DNA of 64,000 nucleotides from positions 2,016,001 through 2,080,000 of the forward strand of contig OZ244042.1 of NCBI GenBank assembly GCA_965215015.1, given 5' to 3'. Made by a program: the position numbers and the translations under genes. Of this stretch, positions 50,811-60,468 are shown in pieces. The notes beneath the pieces are model-generated. The model was not told the DNA's origin, made no database searches, and saw only the letters and a list, made by a program, of their open reading frames with translations. Position 1 is the first letter of the stretch; each line of letters begins with the position of its first letter. This DNA is from Candidatus Poribacteria bacterium. Lineage in GTDB: Bacteria; Poribacteria; WGA-4E; PCPOR2b.

Positions 50811-51638
50811 TTACAGACGTGGCAGCGGGCGTGGCAGTGTGTCATGCGGGTGAACTAGTACGTGACGCTCGTGCAACTGAGCCAAATGACGAAGTCGCTC
50901 CGGGCTGGCGGTCTCTAGCATCAGGTCGGTGTACATGCCGCCGATTTTGAACCCGTGTGCCACAGGGCAATGATGGCGGAGGTATTCATCCACGCGCGCA
51001 ATTCCTTCCTCTGTTACTCCCTGCTTAATCAGATTCATCGTAAACATGCGCCGACGCTTACTACCCCCAAAAGAGGCGTGGAGGGTATCGTGATAGAAGA
51101 TTGCCAGATCACCGGGATCCGTTTCTAAGGCGACATTCCCCGGAACCTCCGAGGGCGGAAGCCCCCATAACTCTTCAGAATCCCTCGGCGACACATTCTC
51201 CGCCCGCCAATAGGAATCGGGGCGATGACTGCCCGGCATAACGCGCAAACAGCCGGTATCGCGGCGCAGTGGATCCAGATAGTATGCTATTTTGATCGCG
51301 AAGAGTTCAGGATATCCGCCATCGGCGTGCCAGCCGGTATCCCCACTGTAGTAGTTGCCGTCGCCCGAAGCATAGTTAAAATCGTCCCCCAAAATGTCGG
51401 AGGCAATACCGACAACGCGTGGGTCATCAAGCAGAGTACAGAGCTTTTCACTGTGATCGATTGTCGGCACGATCATGGTCCGGTTTGAACCGTCGTGTTC
51501 ATCGCCCTTCCCGTAAGTATCAAGGACGTGCTCAAACTCTTCGGTAATCCAAGCGACCTCATCCGGCGTGAAAAGTTGTGGAATGTGAATAAAACCGAAG
51601 GTGTGGAAAAAGTTGAGCTGTTGTTCTGTAAGGTACAT
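50811..51638 (-). CDS. phytanoyl-CoA dioxygenase (PhyH) family Fe(II)/2OG dioxygenase
   Basis: WHAD, GCLRVMPGSH, GD...F...LHAS...R. Confidence 0.9.
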   Translation of the reverse strand: MYLTEQQLNFFHTFGFIHIPQLFTPDEVAWITEEFEHVLDTYGKGDEHDGSNRTMIVPTIDHSEKLCTLLDDPRVVGIASDILGDDFNYASGDGNYYSGDTGWHADGGYPELFAIKIAYYLDPLRRDTGCLRVMPGSHRPDSYWRAENVSPRDSEELWGLPPSEVPGNVALETDPGDLAIFYHDTLHASFGGSKRRRMFTMNLIKQGVTEEGIARVDEYLRHHCPVAHGFKIGGMYTDLMLETASPERLRHLAQLHERHVLVHPHDTLPRPLPRL

Positions 51639-51692
51639 GGGAACACCTCTCTCTATGGATACAAATGGTGAGAATTCTTCGTTTGTGAAAAG

Positions 51693-53108
51693 TTATCCGT
51701 AAGATTTTACGTTCCACCTTTTACTTTCTAGTGCCGCTTGACGCCTCGCCGCCTCCCCCCGATCGCCAATATGTAGGGTGTCATACGCCTGTTGGGAGGT
51801 TTTGAAATACCCTACTCCCTCATGCCCATGCCAGTCATCCTGCGTCATAATTGGATTTTTGAAGCCCGTTTCCGCTTCTCGTTTCGCAATCCATCTCTGC
51901 ATTCGCGTCTCGAGACCCGCTACAATGTCAGGATATATTTCAGCGAGGTTGTTATGTTCATCAGGATCCTCTATGAGATTGTACAATTCGACCGGCGGTT
52001 TGAAATGGAAATCCGGCTCCAAGGAGATAATCAATTTCCATTCTGGGGTGCGCCAGCCGTGCTTTCGCATCCAGGTGCACTCCGTGATGTAAAATTCGCT
52101 TTCGTAGGAAGCGACGGCTCCTCTGACTAACCGCATCAAGCTCACTCCATCGAAAGCTATACCCGTCTCAATTCCCGCCAATTCGAGGATGGTTGGCAAG
52201 AGTGCTTTATGCTGATTAAAGCCGCTGATCCGTTTGCCAGCCGGAACTTTGCCGGGATAGCGGATAATCAACGGCACATGCAGGGTGACATCATAAATCC
52301 CATGGTGGTCAAACCAGCATTCATGATCGTAGAGCGTTTCTCCATGATCTCCGTTGACGATAACGATGGTTTCATCGAAGATACCGTGTGCTTCCAAGGC
52401 GTTAAAGATGGTTTGGATACAAGCGTCCATATACGCAATCGCACCATCATATTGGGCGATAAGGTAATCCTTGTCTGTGACGCCAGGGGGCATCCACCGC
52501 GCAAAATAGTCGCAGAACGGCTTAAAATCCATTACTGGTTCCATTGACCTGTTTGCCGGATCACATTCGTCGCCGTGATAGAACATCCGATCGTATGGGG
52601 GCGGTGGGAGGTACGGAGAGTGCGGATCCATGTGTCGCAAGAAGAGGAGGAAAGGCTTGCCACCCTCAACGAGGCGGTCAAGCTCAGGAATTGTGACTTC
52701 ATTGAGGTTCTGCGCTTTCGGGCTGGGCCGCTCTTCCCAACTCCCCCAACCTGAATAGCTCAGATAGTTATCAAACCCGCGCGAGCTAGGGTTGCCGCTC
52801 AAACCGACACAGGTTGTCTCGTAGCCGACCTCTCGAAGGATTTCAGGGAGGGTCTTGACTTCAGGCCTGAGGGGCCCCTTGTGTCGTAGCGCGACAACCT
52901 GCGTGCTAAAGACATCCATACCTGTGAGCATTGACGCATAGGCACTCGTGGTCGGGATGTGCGCGCTGTAGGTGCGTTCAAAGAGTGCTCCGCCCTGAGC
53001 AAATCGATCAATGTGCGGCGTCGTGAGCCGGTCGTAGCCGTAACAACTCATGTGGGTCGCAAGAAGGGAATCGATTCCCATCAGTACGATATTAGGATAT
53101 TTTGCCAT
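51693..53108 (-). CDS. sulfatase-like alkaline phosphatase superfamily hydrolase (Thr at the FGly position)
   Basis: PNIVL..IDSL, TPHID, DPHSPY, YDGAI, GDHGE, VPLIIRYP, ELYNL..DP.E..NLA. Confidence 0.85.
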   Translation of the reverse strand: MAKYPNIVLMGIDSLLATHMSCYGYDRLTTPHIDRFAQGGALFERTYSAHIPTTSAYASMLTGMDVFSTQVVALRHKGPLRPEVKTLPEILREVGYETTCVGLSGNPSSRGFDNYLSYSGWGSWEERPSPKAQNLNEVTIPELDRLVEGGKPFLLFLRHMDPHSPYLPPPPYDRMFYHGDECDPANRSMEPVMDFKPFCDYFARWMPPGVTDKDYLIAQYDGAIAYMDACIQTIFNALEAHGIFDETIVIVNGDHGETLYDHECWFDHHGIYDVTLHVPLIIRYPGKVPAGKRISGFNQHKALLPTILELAGIETGIAFDGVSLMRLVRGAVASYESEFYITECTWMRKHGWRTPEWKLIISLEPDFHFKPPVELYNLIEDPDEHNNLAEIYPDIVAGLETRMQRWIAKREAETGFKNPIMTQDDWHGHEGVGYFKTSQQAYDTLHIGDRGEAARRQAALESKRWNVKSYG

Positions 53109-53216
53109 AAGCGGCCGTGGTGCCCTAAGAACCTGTTTGAAAAGTCATTTAATCGAGAAGTGATTGTCATTTGACGCACATGCTCACTATATTCGGGGAC
53201 ATGTGTCAGATCAATC

Positions 53217-53265
53217 GTAGGGGCTTAGTTTCCAAGCCCAACAGGTTGGGAGACCCAACCCCTAC
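53217..53265. repeat. GTAG REP-like doublet
   Basis: GTAGGGGCTTAGTTTCCAAGCCC..CAGGTTGGGAG...CCCCTAC, nearly identical to 45910-45958. Confidence 0.75.
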
Positions 53266-53389
53266 CCTGCTATACGGATCGCTGTGGATTGACAAATCCA
53301 CTGCACTTTGGGAGCGTTCCTTGCTTTTTAAAACAGGTTCTAAATCACCATCGCTCCTTAGCTTTGAAACTAGAGTCAATATCTCCATC

Positions 53390-54265
53390 TCACGCCTCAA
53401 CCGCCTGATCTAAAGCCCGAATATAGCCAATCGTCCAAGCAAGCCCGGCGGCAGAATCGCCGGCGATGGATGGGTAGTGTTCGGGATAAATCTGTCCTTG
53501 ATAGTTAATCTGCTTGAGGGCACGGATCGAACCGACCATATCGACTTCACCCGTACCGAAGGCAACTTCGAGGTAGCCCATGTCCGCCAGACGTTTTTCA
53601 ACCTCCGGTGAAATGTCCCCTTCAACTTGCGTTACGACATCACGGATGTGGAACATAAAAATCTGGTCACCGTAGTTCAAGATGTCTCTCACCAAATCGT
53701 CGCCAGCCATCTGGGATTTCCCTTGGCAGAACGTGACACCGTTCGCCGGGCTATTCACTTCGCTCAAGAGCCGGGACATCGTTTCATAATTCCAGAGCAG
53801 GCGATCCGGCACATGGAAGTGGTGGGTGGAGATTCGGACACCGGCGCTTTCGGCGATACGGGTGATTTGGTTATAGACCTCGATTAAGCCCCCCCAGAGC
53901 CCCTTTCTTTCGGTGTCCGAACTTAATCGATCGACGTTGAGATAGAGGTGGACGTAGGGGATGCCCGCTTCACCGATATTTTGGATAAGCTGCCCGAAGA
54001 TTGCCACCTCTTCCTTTTGGACCTCAGGGTCAGAGAAGGCAGCCTGACGAATGCGAGCGGGGGTGAGTGCGGCGAGAGTGATGCCCGCAGCAGCATATTT
54101 GTCGACAAGACCTTTCAGGGCATCAGTTGAGGGGATACCCTCGGAGCCTTCACCGGCGATGCCAGCGGCACCCAAAACGATATGGTGGACATCGGTATCG
54201 TGACAAAAAGCGATGTTGCGGTCATGGGCTGTTCCGTAAGGCGCGAAAATACCGATAGCTAACAT
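53390..54265 (-). CDS. TIM-barrel sugar phosphate isomerase / mannonate dehydratase-like protein
   Basis: AESAGV.I..H, NGVTFCQG, FHIRD, GEVDM, YQGQIYPEH. Confidence 0.75.
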   Translation of the reverse strand: MLAIGIFAPYGTAHDRNIAFCHDTDVHHIVLGAAGIAGEGSEGIPSTDALKGLVDKYAAAGITLAALTPARIRQAAFSDPEVQKEEVAIFGQLIQNIGEAGIPYVHLYLNVDRLSSDTERKGLWGGLIEVYNQITRIAESAGVRISTHHFHVPDRLLWNYETMSRLLSEVNSPANGVTFCQGKSQMAGDDLVRDILNYGDQIFMFHIRDVVTQVEGDISPEVEKRLADMGYLEVAFGTGEVDMVGSIRALKQINYQGQIYPEHYPSIAGDSAAGLAWTIGYIRALDQAVEA

Positions 54266-54443
54266 TAGATAACCTCCGTGTGGTTGAAATCGTAGCGGCA
54301 ATGATGTGTGATTGTTATAGGTCAAGATGCTATTCTATCACTAAAACAGTTTCGTGCCAAGAAAAATTTCGGTAATTGCCTTATCTCGCGGAAGATGGTA
54401 TAATGTTGATAATCTATTCAAATGGTAAGGAGGGATTTTAACG

Positions 54444-54809
54444 ATGAGTCAGGAAAAGGTTTTCCAAGTCGGTGGGGTTGAACTCCACGTTGATAACCGG
54501 AGCTTAGGCGATGATGGCGGTCCTTCTGTCCGCGTCTACGGCGATGTCGATGGTAAAGCGGTGCAACTGCTTCGATTCGATTGCTTCCGAAAAGACCCAC
54601 ACTATCATTACGATCCGTCCGGTCGAAATGACCAACGCCACCTCGATCGAGCAACTGTCCCCGATTCGATTGGCTGGACGATTGAACAACTTAGTAACAA
54701 TCTCGCGGAGATGATTCGTACAGCTAGCTATGACGGGGTTGCTGCAAGAGTCGATCAGGCAGCGGTTGGGGCCGTACTGCCAGAGGTTGAATCAATTATG
54801 CGGGGTTAA
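54444..54809 (+). CDS. conserved hypothetical protein (LLRFDCF..PHYHY family)
   Basis: GGAGG RBS; conserved-looking LLRFDCFRKDPHYHYDP motif. Confidence 0.7.
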   Translation: MSQEKVFQVGGVELHVDNRSLGDDGGPSVRVYGDVDGKAVQLLRFDCFRKDPHYHYDPSGRNDQRHLDRATVPDSIGWTIEQLSNNLAEMIRTASYDGVAARVDQAAVGAVLPEVESIMRG

Positions 54810-54882
54810 AGGGTTCGCTCGTTAAGGTCATTTTGAATGATGTGCCCCCCTTATTCCCGCCAGGGATCGGTTAGCAATTATT

Positions 54883-55595
54883 TGAGGGTTGCTCATAAAT
54901 TGAATTATCGCAAGAGTGTCATCGGAGGTGTGCCCTCTCTGAGGAGGGGTTAGCCTTGGAAAGTATCTGAATCAAGGCTGTGCCCGGCTTCTTGGCTGTC
55001 GCTGATTTTTGGTAATCGGTTTCATTGTTGATTCAGCCGCTAATTATCCGTCCTGCTCAGATTCTGATAGGTATGAATTTGAGTCCTTTAATCCTACGAA
55101 TCCTTAAATCCCGAAAATCCTGATTCAGATAGCTTTGAATTAGTTATCATCTGCTTAATCCGTGATTCAGCCGCTAATTATCCGCCTTGCTCAGATTCTG
55201 ATAGGTATGAATTTGAGTCCTTTAATCCTATGAATCCTTAAATCCCGAAAATCGTGATTCAGATAGCTTTGAATTCGGTATCATCGGTTTCATTGTTGAT
55301 TCAGCCGCTAATTATCCGCCTTGCTCAGATTCTGATAGGTATGAATTTGAGTCCTTTAATCCTATGAATCCTTAAATCCCGAAAATCGTGATTCAGATAG
55401 CTTTGAATTAGTTATCATCGGTTTAATTAGTGATTCAGCCGCTAATTATCCGCCTTGCTCAGATTCTGATAGGTATGAATTTGAGTCCTTTAATCCTACG
55501 AATCCTTAAATCCCGAAAATCCTGATTCAGATAGCTTTGAATTAGTTATCATCTGCTTAATCCGTGATTCAGACAATAATTATGAGCACCCCTCA
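54883..55595. mobile_element. family B element enclosing a tandem array
   Basis: TGAGGGTTGCTCATAA ... TTATGAGCACCCCTCA. Confidence 0.75.
55015..55572. repeat. 134-bp non-coding tandem repeat x4
   Basis: GATTCAG anchors at 55030, 55164, 55298, 55432, 55566. Confidence 0.95.
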
Positions 55596-55610
55596 ATTTT
55601 CACTCTGATG

Positions 55611-58007
55611 CTAGTTACCCACTCTGCCATTCTGTAGATGTAATTTCTCCCTCTGCTCCGCTGTCACCCGATCCGCGTCCGCATCGGTGTAGACCACATG
55701 CGGCGTGATGAACACCATCAATTCTGTTTTTTCAATCCGCGTGTCTGTTCGCCGAAACAGCTTACCCAGCAGCGGAATAGCTCCCAGAACCGGTATCTTG
55801 TGGACGGTTTCCGTCTTGTCGTCCTTAATCATCCCGCCGATGACCATCGTCTGTTTGTCCTTAATCGTCACAAACGCCGACGCCTCACGCGTCGAGATGA
55901 TTGGGGCATCGAATAGCGTAAATTCAACCAAGCTGTTAATCTGTTGATTGACATCGAGAGAAACCGTTCCAGATCGGTTGATGCGTGGTGTGACAGTCAG
56001 AATGACACCGACATCCCGAAAGTCTGTGCTAGTGAGGATACCCCCTGTCGCTGTCTCCTGTGTGCTGACGAGAAAGGGCACCGCCTGGCCGACGTTGATA
56101 ACCGCTTCCTGATTGTTTTTGGTCATGACGCGCGGTGTAGAAAGGATATTGACCTTTGTGTCCTTTGTTAGGGCGTGAAGCATTGCGTCGAGCTTGGCAG
56201 ACAAGATACCGTGTTTCAAGCCGAAAATCTCATCAGTCAGCCCAAAATCGGTTGTTCCATCCTGCTGATAGGTTTTATCGTTGAGGGTTGTGCCCTGTTC
56301 CCACATCCACTCCACCCCAAACACACTGTCGTCGTCGAGCGTTACCTCAATGATTTGTGCTTCAATGAGGACTTGGGGGAGCAGCACATCGAGTTGTTTG
56401 ACTAGCTTTTCAACGGCGGGAAAATTTCGGACAAACGTGGTAATCAGTAGAGCGTTTGTCTCCTCATCGGCAACAATTTTTACATTGCCTGTCAGGCCGC
56501 GCGCAGCATCGGCGGTTGGTGCTCCTGAGCCTAGCGCGCCGGTGGATAGTGATCTGCCCCCAAACCCCCCGCCAAAGCCGCCCCCCCCAAATCCACCCCC
56601 AACGAAATTTGTGCGGGTTGCTGCTTGGCGTTCAAAGAGTTCGGTAGACAGCAGTTCATTAAGCACTGCCGAGACATTTGCTGCATCCGCATGTTCGAGG
56701 GTGAAAATCCGGGTGTCTTCAGCGAAGTCGGCTATGGCTCTGTCAAGTTGTTCAATGAGTTTACCAACGGCGCCCATTTGCTGCGCGGTTGTTGTTACTA
56801 TTACGGAATTGGTTCGGGCATCTGGCACCGCAGTCAACTCCGGCAAGCCCAAAACACCCTCACCGCTTTGCCTATTGAGCTCCCGCTGCTGTTCCTCAAA
56901 AAAACGTCTACCTCTACCACCGAATCCACCAGACCCAGTACCGCTAAAGATATTGCGGGCGGTACTGGAAAAGGCTTGGTTTAGTTCATTGGCGATCTCC
57001 GTCGCATCGCCATGTTTCAGGGAAAACACGCGTGTCTCTGGCTCGGAAAAACGTTGCGTATCTAGCTCTGAAACGAGCTTCCGAATCGCTACCAGGTTTG
57101 GTTGACTAGCAGAAACAATTAGCGAGTTCGTGTTTTCATCGGCGACCGCTTTGACTTCACCGAGCAGTTGTAACGCGCCGCCCGCTGTGGGACTACTTTC
57201 ATCGGTTGCGGTTTCGCTGCCCCCACCATCTCTACCAAATCGACCTCGATCGCCGAATCCGCCGCGACGTCCCCTCTGTTGACGTTCCTGTTCTGCTGCG
57301 GCTTCGGCATCCTTCGGTTTCTCATACAGTTTGGTGATAACCTCGGCTAACTTGGTGGCGTCCGCATATTGCAACGAAAATACCTCAAGCTTGATCCGGT
57401 CCGCCATTGAAATGTCGAGTGCCCTTACAATTTCAGCTAACCTTTTGATGTTCGCTGAAGATGCAGTAATGATTAATGTGTTGCTTCGACCATAAGCAGT
57501 CATCACACCGTATTGTGGCACAAAATCCTTGAGATCTTTGACAAGTTGTGTCGCATCCGCCGAAGAGAGCGGCATCACCTGTGTGGTAATCGTATCCTCG
57601 GATTTAATCTCCCCCGGGTCGCTTCCAACCTGTATCGGCGTGGCTTCAAGTTTCGCATCTGACAGTAAAACAATTTTCACACTCCGTCCATTAATGATGC
57701 TAGTATATCCTTTGATCGCTAGGGTCGTATTCAATACCGAAAACGCCTCGTCCACCGGCATGTCATCCGGACTGATGATAGTGACCCGCATATCCAAATC
57801 TGCCGATTTGACGATAGTGTAGCCCGTTACTTCAGCCACAAATTCCAAAATATGGTCGAGCGAAGCGTTTTTGAATCGCATGGAGATGCGCTTCGATTCA
57901 GTTTCTTCTTCCGCAACCCCGTCTTCGCCGAACGCCAAAATAGGCATTATGAGGAGAAAAAGCAGTGAACAACTGAGGCTAAATACCCATTGCAGAGATT
58001 TTGTCAT
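55611..58007 (-). CDS. gspD: type II secretion-type secretin (GspD-like)
   Basis: N0 domain, several N-repeats (LQYADA, DENTNSLIV), QVLIEAQIIEV, ILSTP, VGVILTVTP, KIPVLGAIPLLGKLF, ELMVFITP. Confidence 0.9.
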   Translation of the reverse strand: MTKSLQWVFSLSCSLLFLLIMPILAFGEDGVAEEETESKRISMRFKNASLDHILEFVAEVTGYTIVKSADLDMRVTIISPDDMPVDEAFSVLNTTLAIKGYTSIINGRSVKIVLLSDAKLEATPIQVGSDPGEIKSEDTITTQVMPLSSADATQLVKDLKDFVPQYGVMTAYGRSNTLIITASSANIKRLAEIVRALDISMADRIKLEVFSLQYADATKLAEVITKLYEKPKDAEAAAEQERQQRGRRGGFGDRGRFGRDGGGSETATDESSPTAGGALQLLGEVKAVADENTNSLIVSASQPNLVAIRKLVSELDTQRFSEPETRVFSLKHGDATEIANELNQAFSSTARNIFSGTGSGGFGGRGRRFFEEQQRELNRQSGEGVLGLPELTAVPDARTNSVIVTTTAQQMGAVGKLIEQLDRAIADFAEDTRIFTLEHADAANVSAVLNELLSTELFERQAATRTNFVGGGFGGGGFGGGFGGRSLSTGALGSGAPTADAARGLTGNVKIVADEETNALLITTFVRNFPAVEKLVKQLDVLLPQVLIEAQIIEVTLDDDSVFGVEWMWEQGTTLNDKTYQQDGTTDFGLTDEIFGLKHGILSAKLDAMLHALTKDTKVNILSTPRVMTKNNQEAVINVGQAVPFLVSTQETATGGILTSTDFRDVGVILTVTPRINRSGTVSLDVNQQINSLVEFTLFDAPIISTREASAFVTIKDKQTMVIGGMIKDDKTETVHKIPVLGAIPLLGKLFRRTDTRIEKTELMVFITPHVVYTDADADRVTAEQREKLHLQNGRVGN

Positions 58008-58768
58008 TGATTCAATTCCTTTCTTCTCCTTTCTCGCATCCGTTCAAGAAGACTTTGTTCACCGTCCCCACCGCTATCCGTCTCTGTTTCCGAAGATATG
58101 TTGGTTTGATCGACGGGTTCTGGCATTTTTGTTATGCCGGCGGTGTCGAATCGCACCCGTCCATCTACGCCGTATTCAATACTTTCGCCCAACGCAAGTT
58201 GAACTGTCGTCTCGCCGCGAGTCAGCGTGATATGTTCAGACATTATACCTTGCACCCGGGCATCCTTCAGTATGTCCCCGTGCCGGAGAAACACACCTTC
58301 ATTTCGCTTCCGGTCTTCGACAACAGCAATCCAGTCCGCGCCGTTTTTTACAATCCCGGTTAAATTTAGTGCGTAGGTCGGCGGGGGAGCGGATGGTGTT
58401 TCGGCAATCGGTTCAGGGGTGACTGTCGGGGTAGGCGGCAGTGGAGCCTCCCGCTTCCAACCGAGTGGCCGAAATAGGTTATTTTCGGCAATAACCTCGT
58501 AATCCTTTAGTTGTGGGTAAAGAGAATAACCCTGCTCTAGTTGAGGGAAAGCTGGCTTAGATGAAGATACTTTTTGCGGAGACAGAAAGGATTTGGAAAG
58601 CGTATCGTTCTTCACCATTTTGATGATAATAAAATATACGATGAATCCCAAAATGGCGACACATAGGATTGATAAGGAGATAATCCGCCGCCAGTTCGCG
58701 CTACACCATTGATTTCTCATAAAAATTGCCTTATCATTTTGTCTCTTGAGAGAACGTTCTTGATACAT
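58004..58768 (-). CDS. GspC/PilP-like single-TM protein
   Basis: TM helix, NLFRP, Pro-rich linker, LNLTGIV..AVVED...GD HR-like domain; ATGA overlap with gspD. Confidence 0.65.
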   Translation of the reverse strand: MYQERSLKRQNDKAIFMRNQWCSANWRRIISLSILCVAILGFIVYFIIIKMVKNDTLSKSFLSPQKVSSSKPAFPQLEQGYSLYPQLKDYEVIAENNLFRPLGWKREAPLPPTPTVTPEPIAETPSAPPPTYALNLTGIVKNGADWIAVVEDRKRNEGVFLRHGDILKDARVQGIMSEHITLTRGETTVQLALGESIEYGVDGRVRFDTAGITKMPEPVDQTNISSETETDSGGDGEQSLLERMRERRRKELNQ

Positions 58769-58859
58769 TCAGTCCGTTTTGCAATTGCGCGTTTGCAGTG
58801 GTAAGTATGCCGAACACCAGCAATAATTCAGCGACGTGAATGATGGTATTTTTTATTAA

Positions 58860-60131
58860 TTATTCTCCTTGGCCTCTTAGATCTAAACAGACTATCTCTT
58901 GATGGTTTCGCAGGTAAAGTTTACCACTAGACAGCGTGGGGACAGTCCAGCACCGTCCAGAAAGGACTTGTGCCTGTGCGACTTCGCGGTACCCTTCCGG
59001 GGTCGCTTCAACGAGTGCGAGGTTCCCGTGCTCACCGAGAACAATAAGGTGGTGATCCGCATAGATAACCGAACCTTGACCGAATCCGCGAGTCTTCCAC
59101 TTTTCCTCGCCTGTATCAGTGTTGACACACTTAAAGATAGTGTTTGAGAAACCGTAGATATAACCGTCATGCAGTACGGTTGTAGAAAAACCATTAATCA
59201 TCGTATGACTTCGCCACACCTCTTCGACACGCATATCGGCACCTCCCCCAACAATTCGTAGAACAACCCCGGCATCACCAGTACGAGTCGAAATAAAAAC
59301 CTTATCCGGTGAGATAAATACCGGGGTCACACGATTGTCGCTATTGCGCCCACCATACCACGGATAACGCCAGTACACGCTTCCATCTTCGGGTGAAACG
59401 GCGAGAAGTTCATCCCGTGCGAAAAAGAGTGCCTGCCGGACATCGTTGACGGTCACAAGAATTGGGGAAGAGTAGCTGGAAGGAGAAGTCGCCACCCCCC
59501 AAATACGCTCTCCGGTTCCTTTGTTAAAGGCGACAATGGTGTTGTCGTTTGCGCCGCCGACCTCAACGAGCAAACGGTTGTCATCAACGACGGGCGATGT
59601 CGAGAAGCCCCAGCGCGGCATTGAACTTGAAAACGCTTTCGTGAAATCAACATCCCAGAGTTGTTTTCCCGTGTTTACGTCAAGTGCCAGCAATCGACCA
59701 AAAGCACTCAGGACATAAACTGTATTCCCATCAATCGTCGGCGTTGAGCGCGGGCCATTTCCGCCCTGACGTTCTTCGTAAAACCAATCATTAAGATGTC
59801 GCCAAAGCTCTTCTCCCGTTTCGGCATCCAGACACACTACAACTTCGTCCTCCCCTTTGGCGAACATAGTATAAGCGCGTCCATTCGCAATTGAGATCCC
59901 TGAAAAACCGTCGCCAAGTGGCAGCCGCCACAACTCTTGTGGCCCTGTCTCTGACCATCTCTTGAGTATACCCGTTTCGAGAGAGATTCCATCCCGATTT
60001 GCCCCTCGCCATTGGTGCCATTCCATTTGAGCTGCGGGTTCGTGTTTTTCCGCCCCGACAAAAACGCTACCCATAAGGACAAGAGCAATATACAAAAATG
60101 TGTTTGCTGAACTGCTAAATCTTCGTATCAT
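58860..60131 (-). CDS. PQQ-binding-like beta-propeller protein (BamB-like)
   Basis: WHQWRG.NRDG, GPRSTP, SYSSP, TGE..W repeats, LYLRN. Confidence 0.88.
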   Translation of the reverse strand: MIRRFSSSANTFLYIALVLMGSVFVGAEKHEPAAQMEWHQWRGANRDGISLETGILKRWSETGPQELWRLPLGDGFSGISIANGRAYTMFAKGEDEVVVCLDAETGEELWRHLNDWFYEERQGGNGPRSTPTIDGNTVYVLSAFGRLLALDVNTGKQLWDVDFTKAFSSSMPRWGFSTSPVVDDNRLLVEVGGANDNTIVAFNKGTGERIWGVATSPSSYSSPILVTVNDVRQALFFARDELLAVSPEDGSVYWRYPWYGGRNSDNRVTPVFISPDKVFISTRTGDAGVVLRIVGGGADMRVEEVWRSHTMINGFSTTVLHDGYIYGFSNTIFKCVNTDTGEEKWKTRGFGQGSVIYADHHLIVLGEHGNLALVEATPEGYREVAQAQVLSGRCWTVPTLSSGKLYLRNHQEIVCLDLRGQGE

Positions 60132-60468
60132 GTTATCTCCTTAATGTGAGTTTAGGATATTCAAATTGTTTGCAAGCAATAGGTACAGCATTTGAATGTA
60201 AATTGCGGATTTCAAACGTTTGGTGCATAGGCTCGTAGGCTATCCGCCCAAACCGCCACGCATCTGATACTACCTCTCTGTGGCCCCGGCTTCCAACGTC
60301 TCCTTTTCTAATTCTTGACATACTTCCACCCCTAAAAGGCGGGGATTGCTATTCGTTTCCGATAGGGTGTTGAATTGCTCTGTCACTGAGGTGAGTCGTG
60401 CCAACACGGCATTACAGCCTCTCCTGAGAGAGGTGATGCCCCAACGCAGCATTGCAATCTCTGTCCAA

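Noticed and set aside
55015-55572. Canonical CRISPR array
   Set aside because: The constant part (about 113 bp) is too long, the variable segments are homologous and recur, and there are no cas genes
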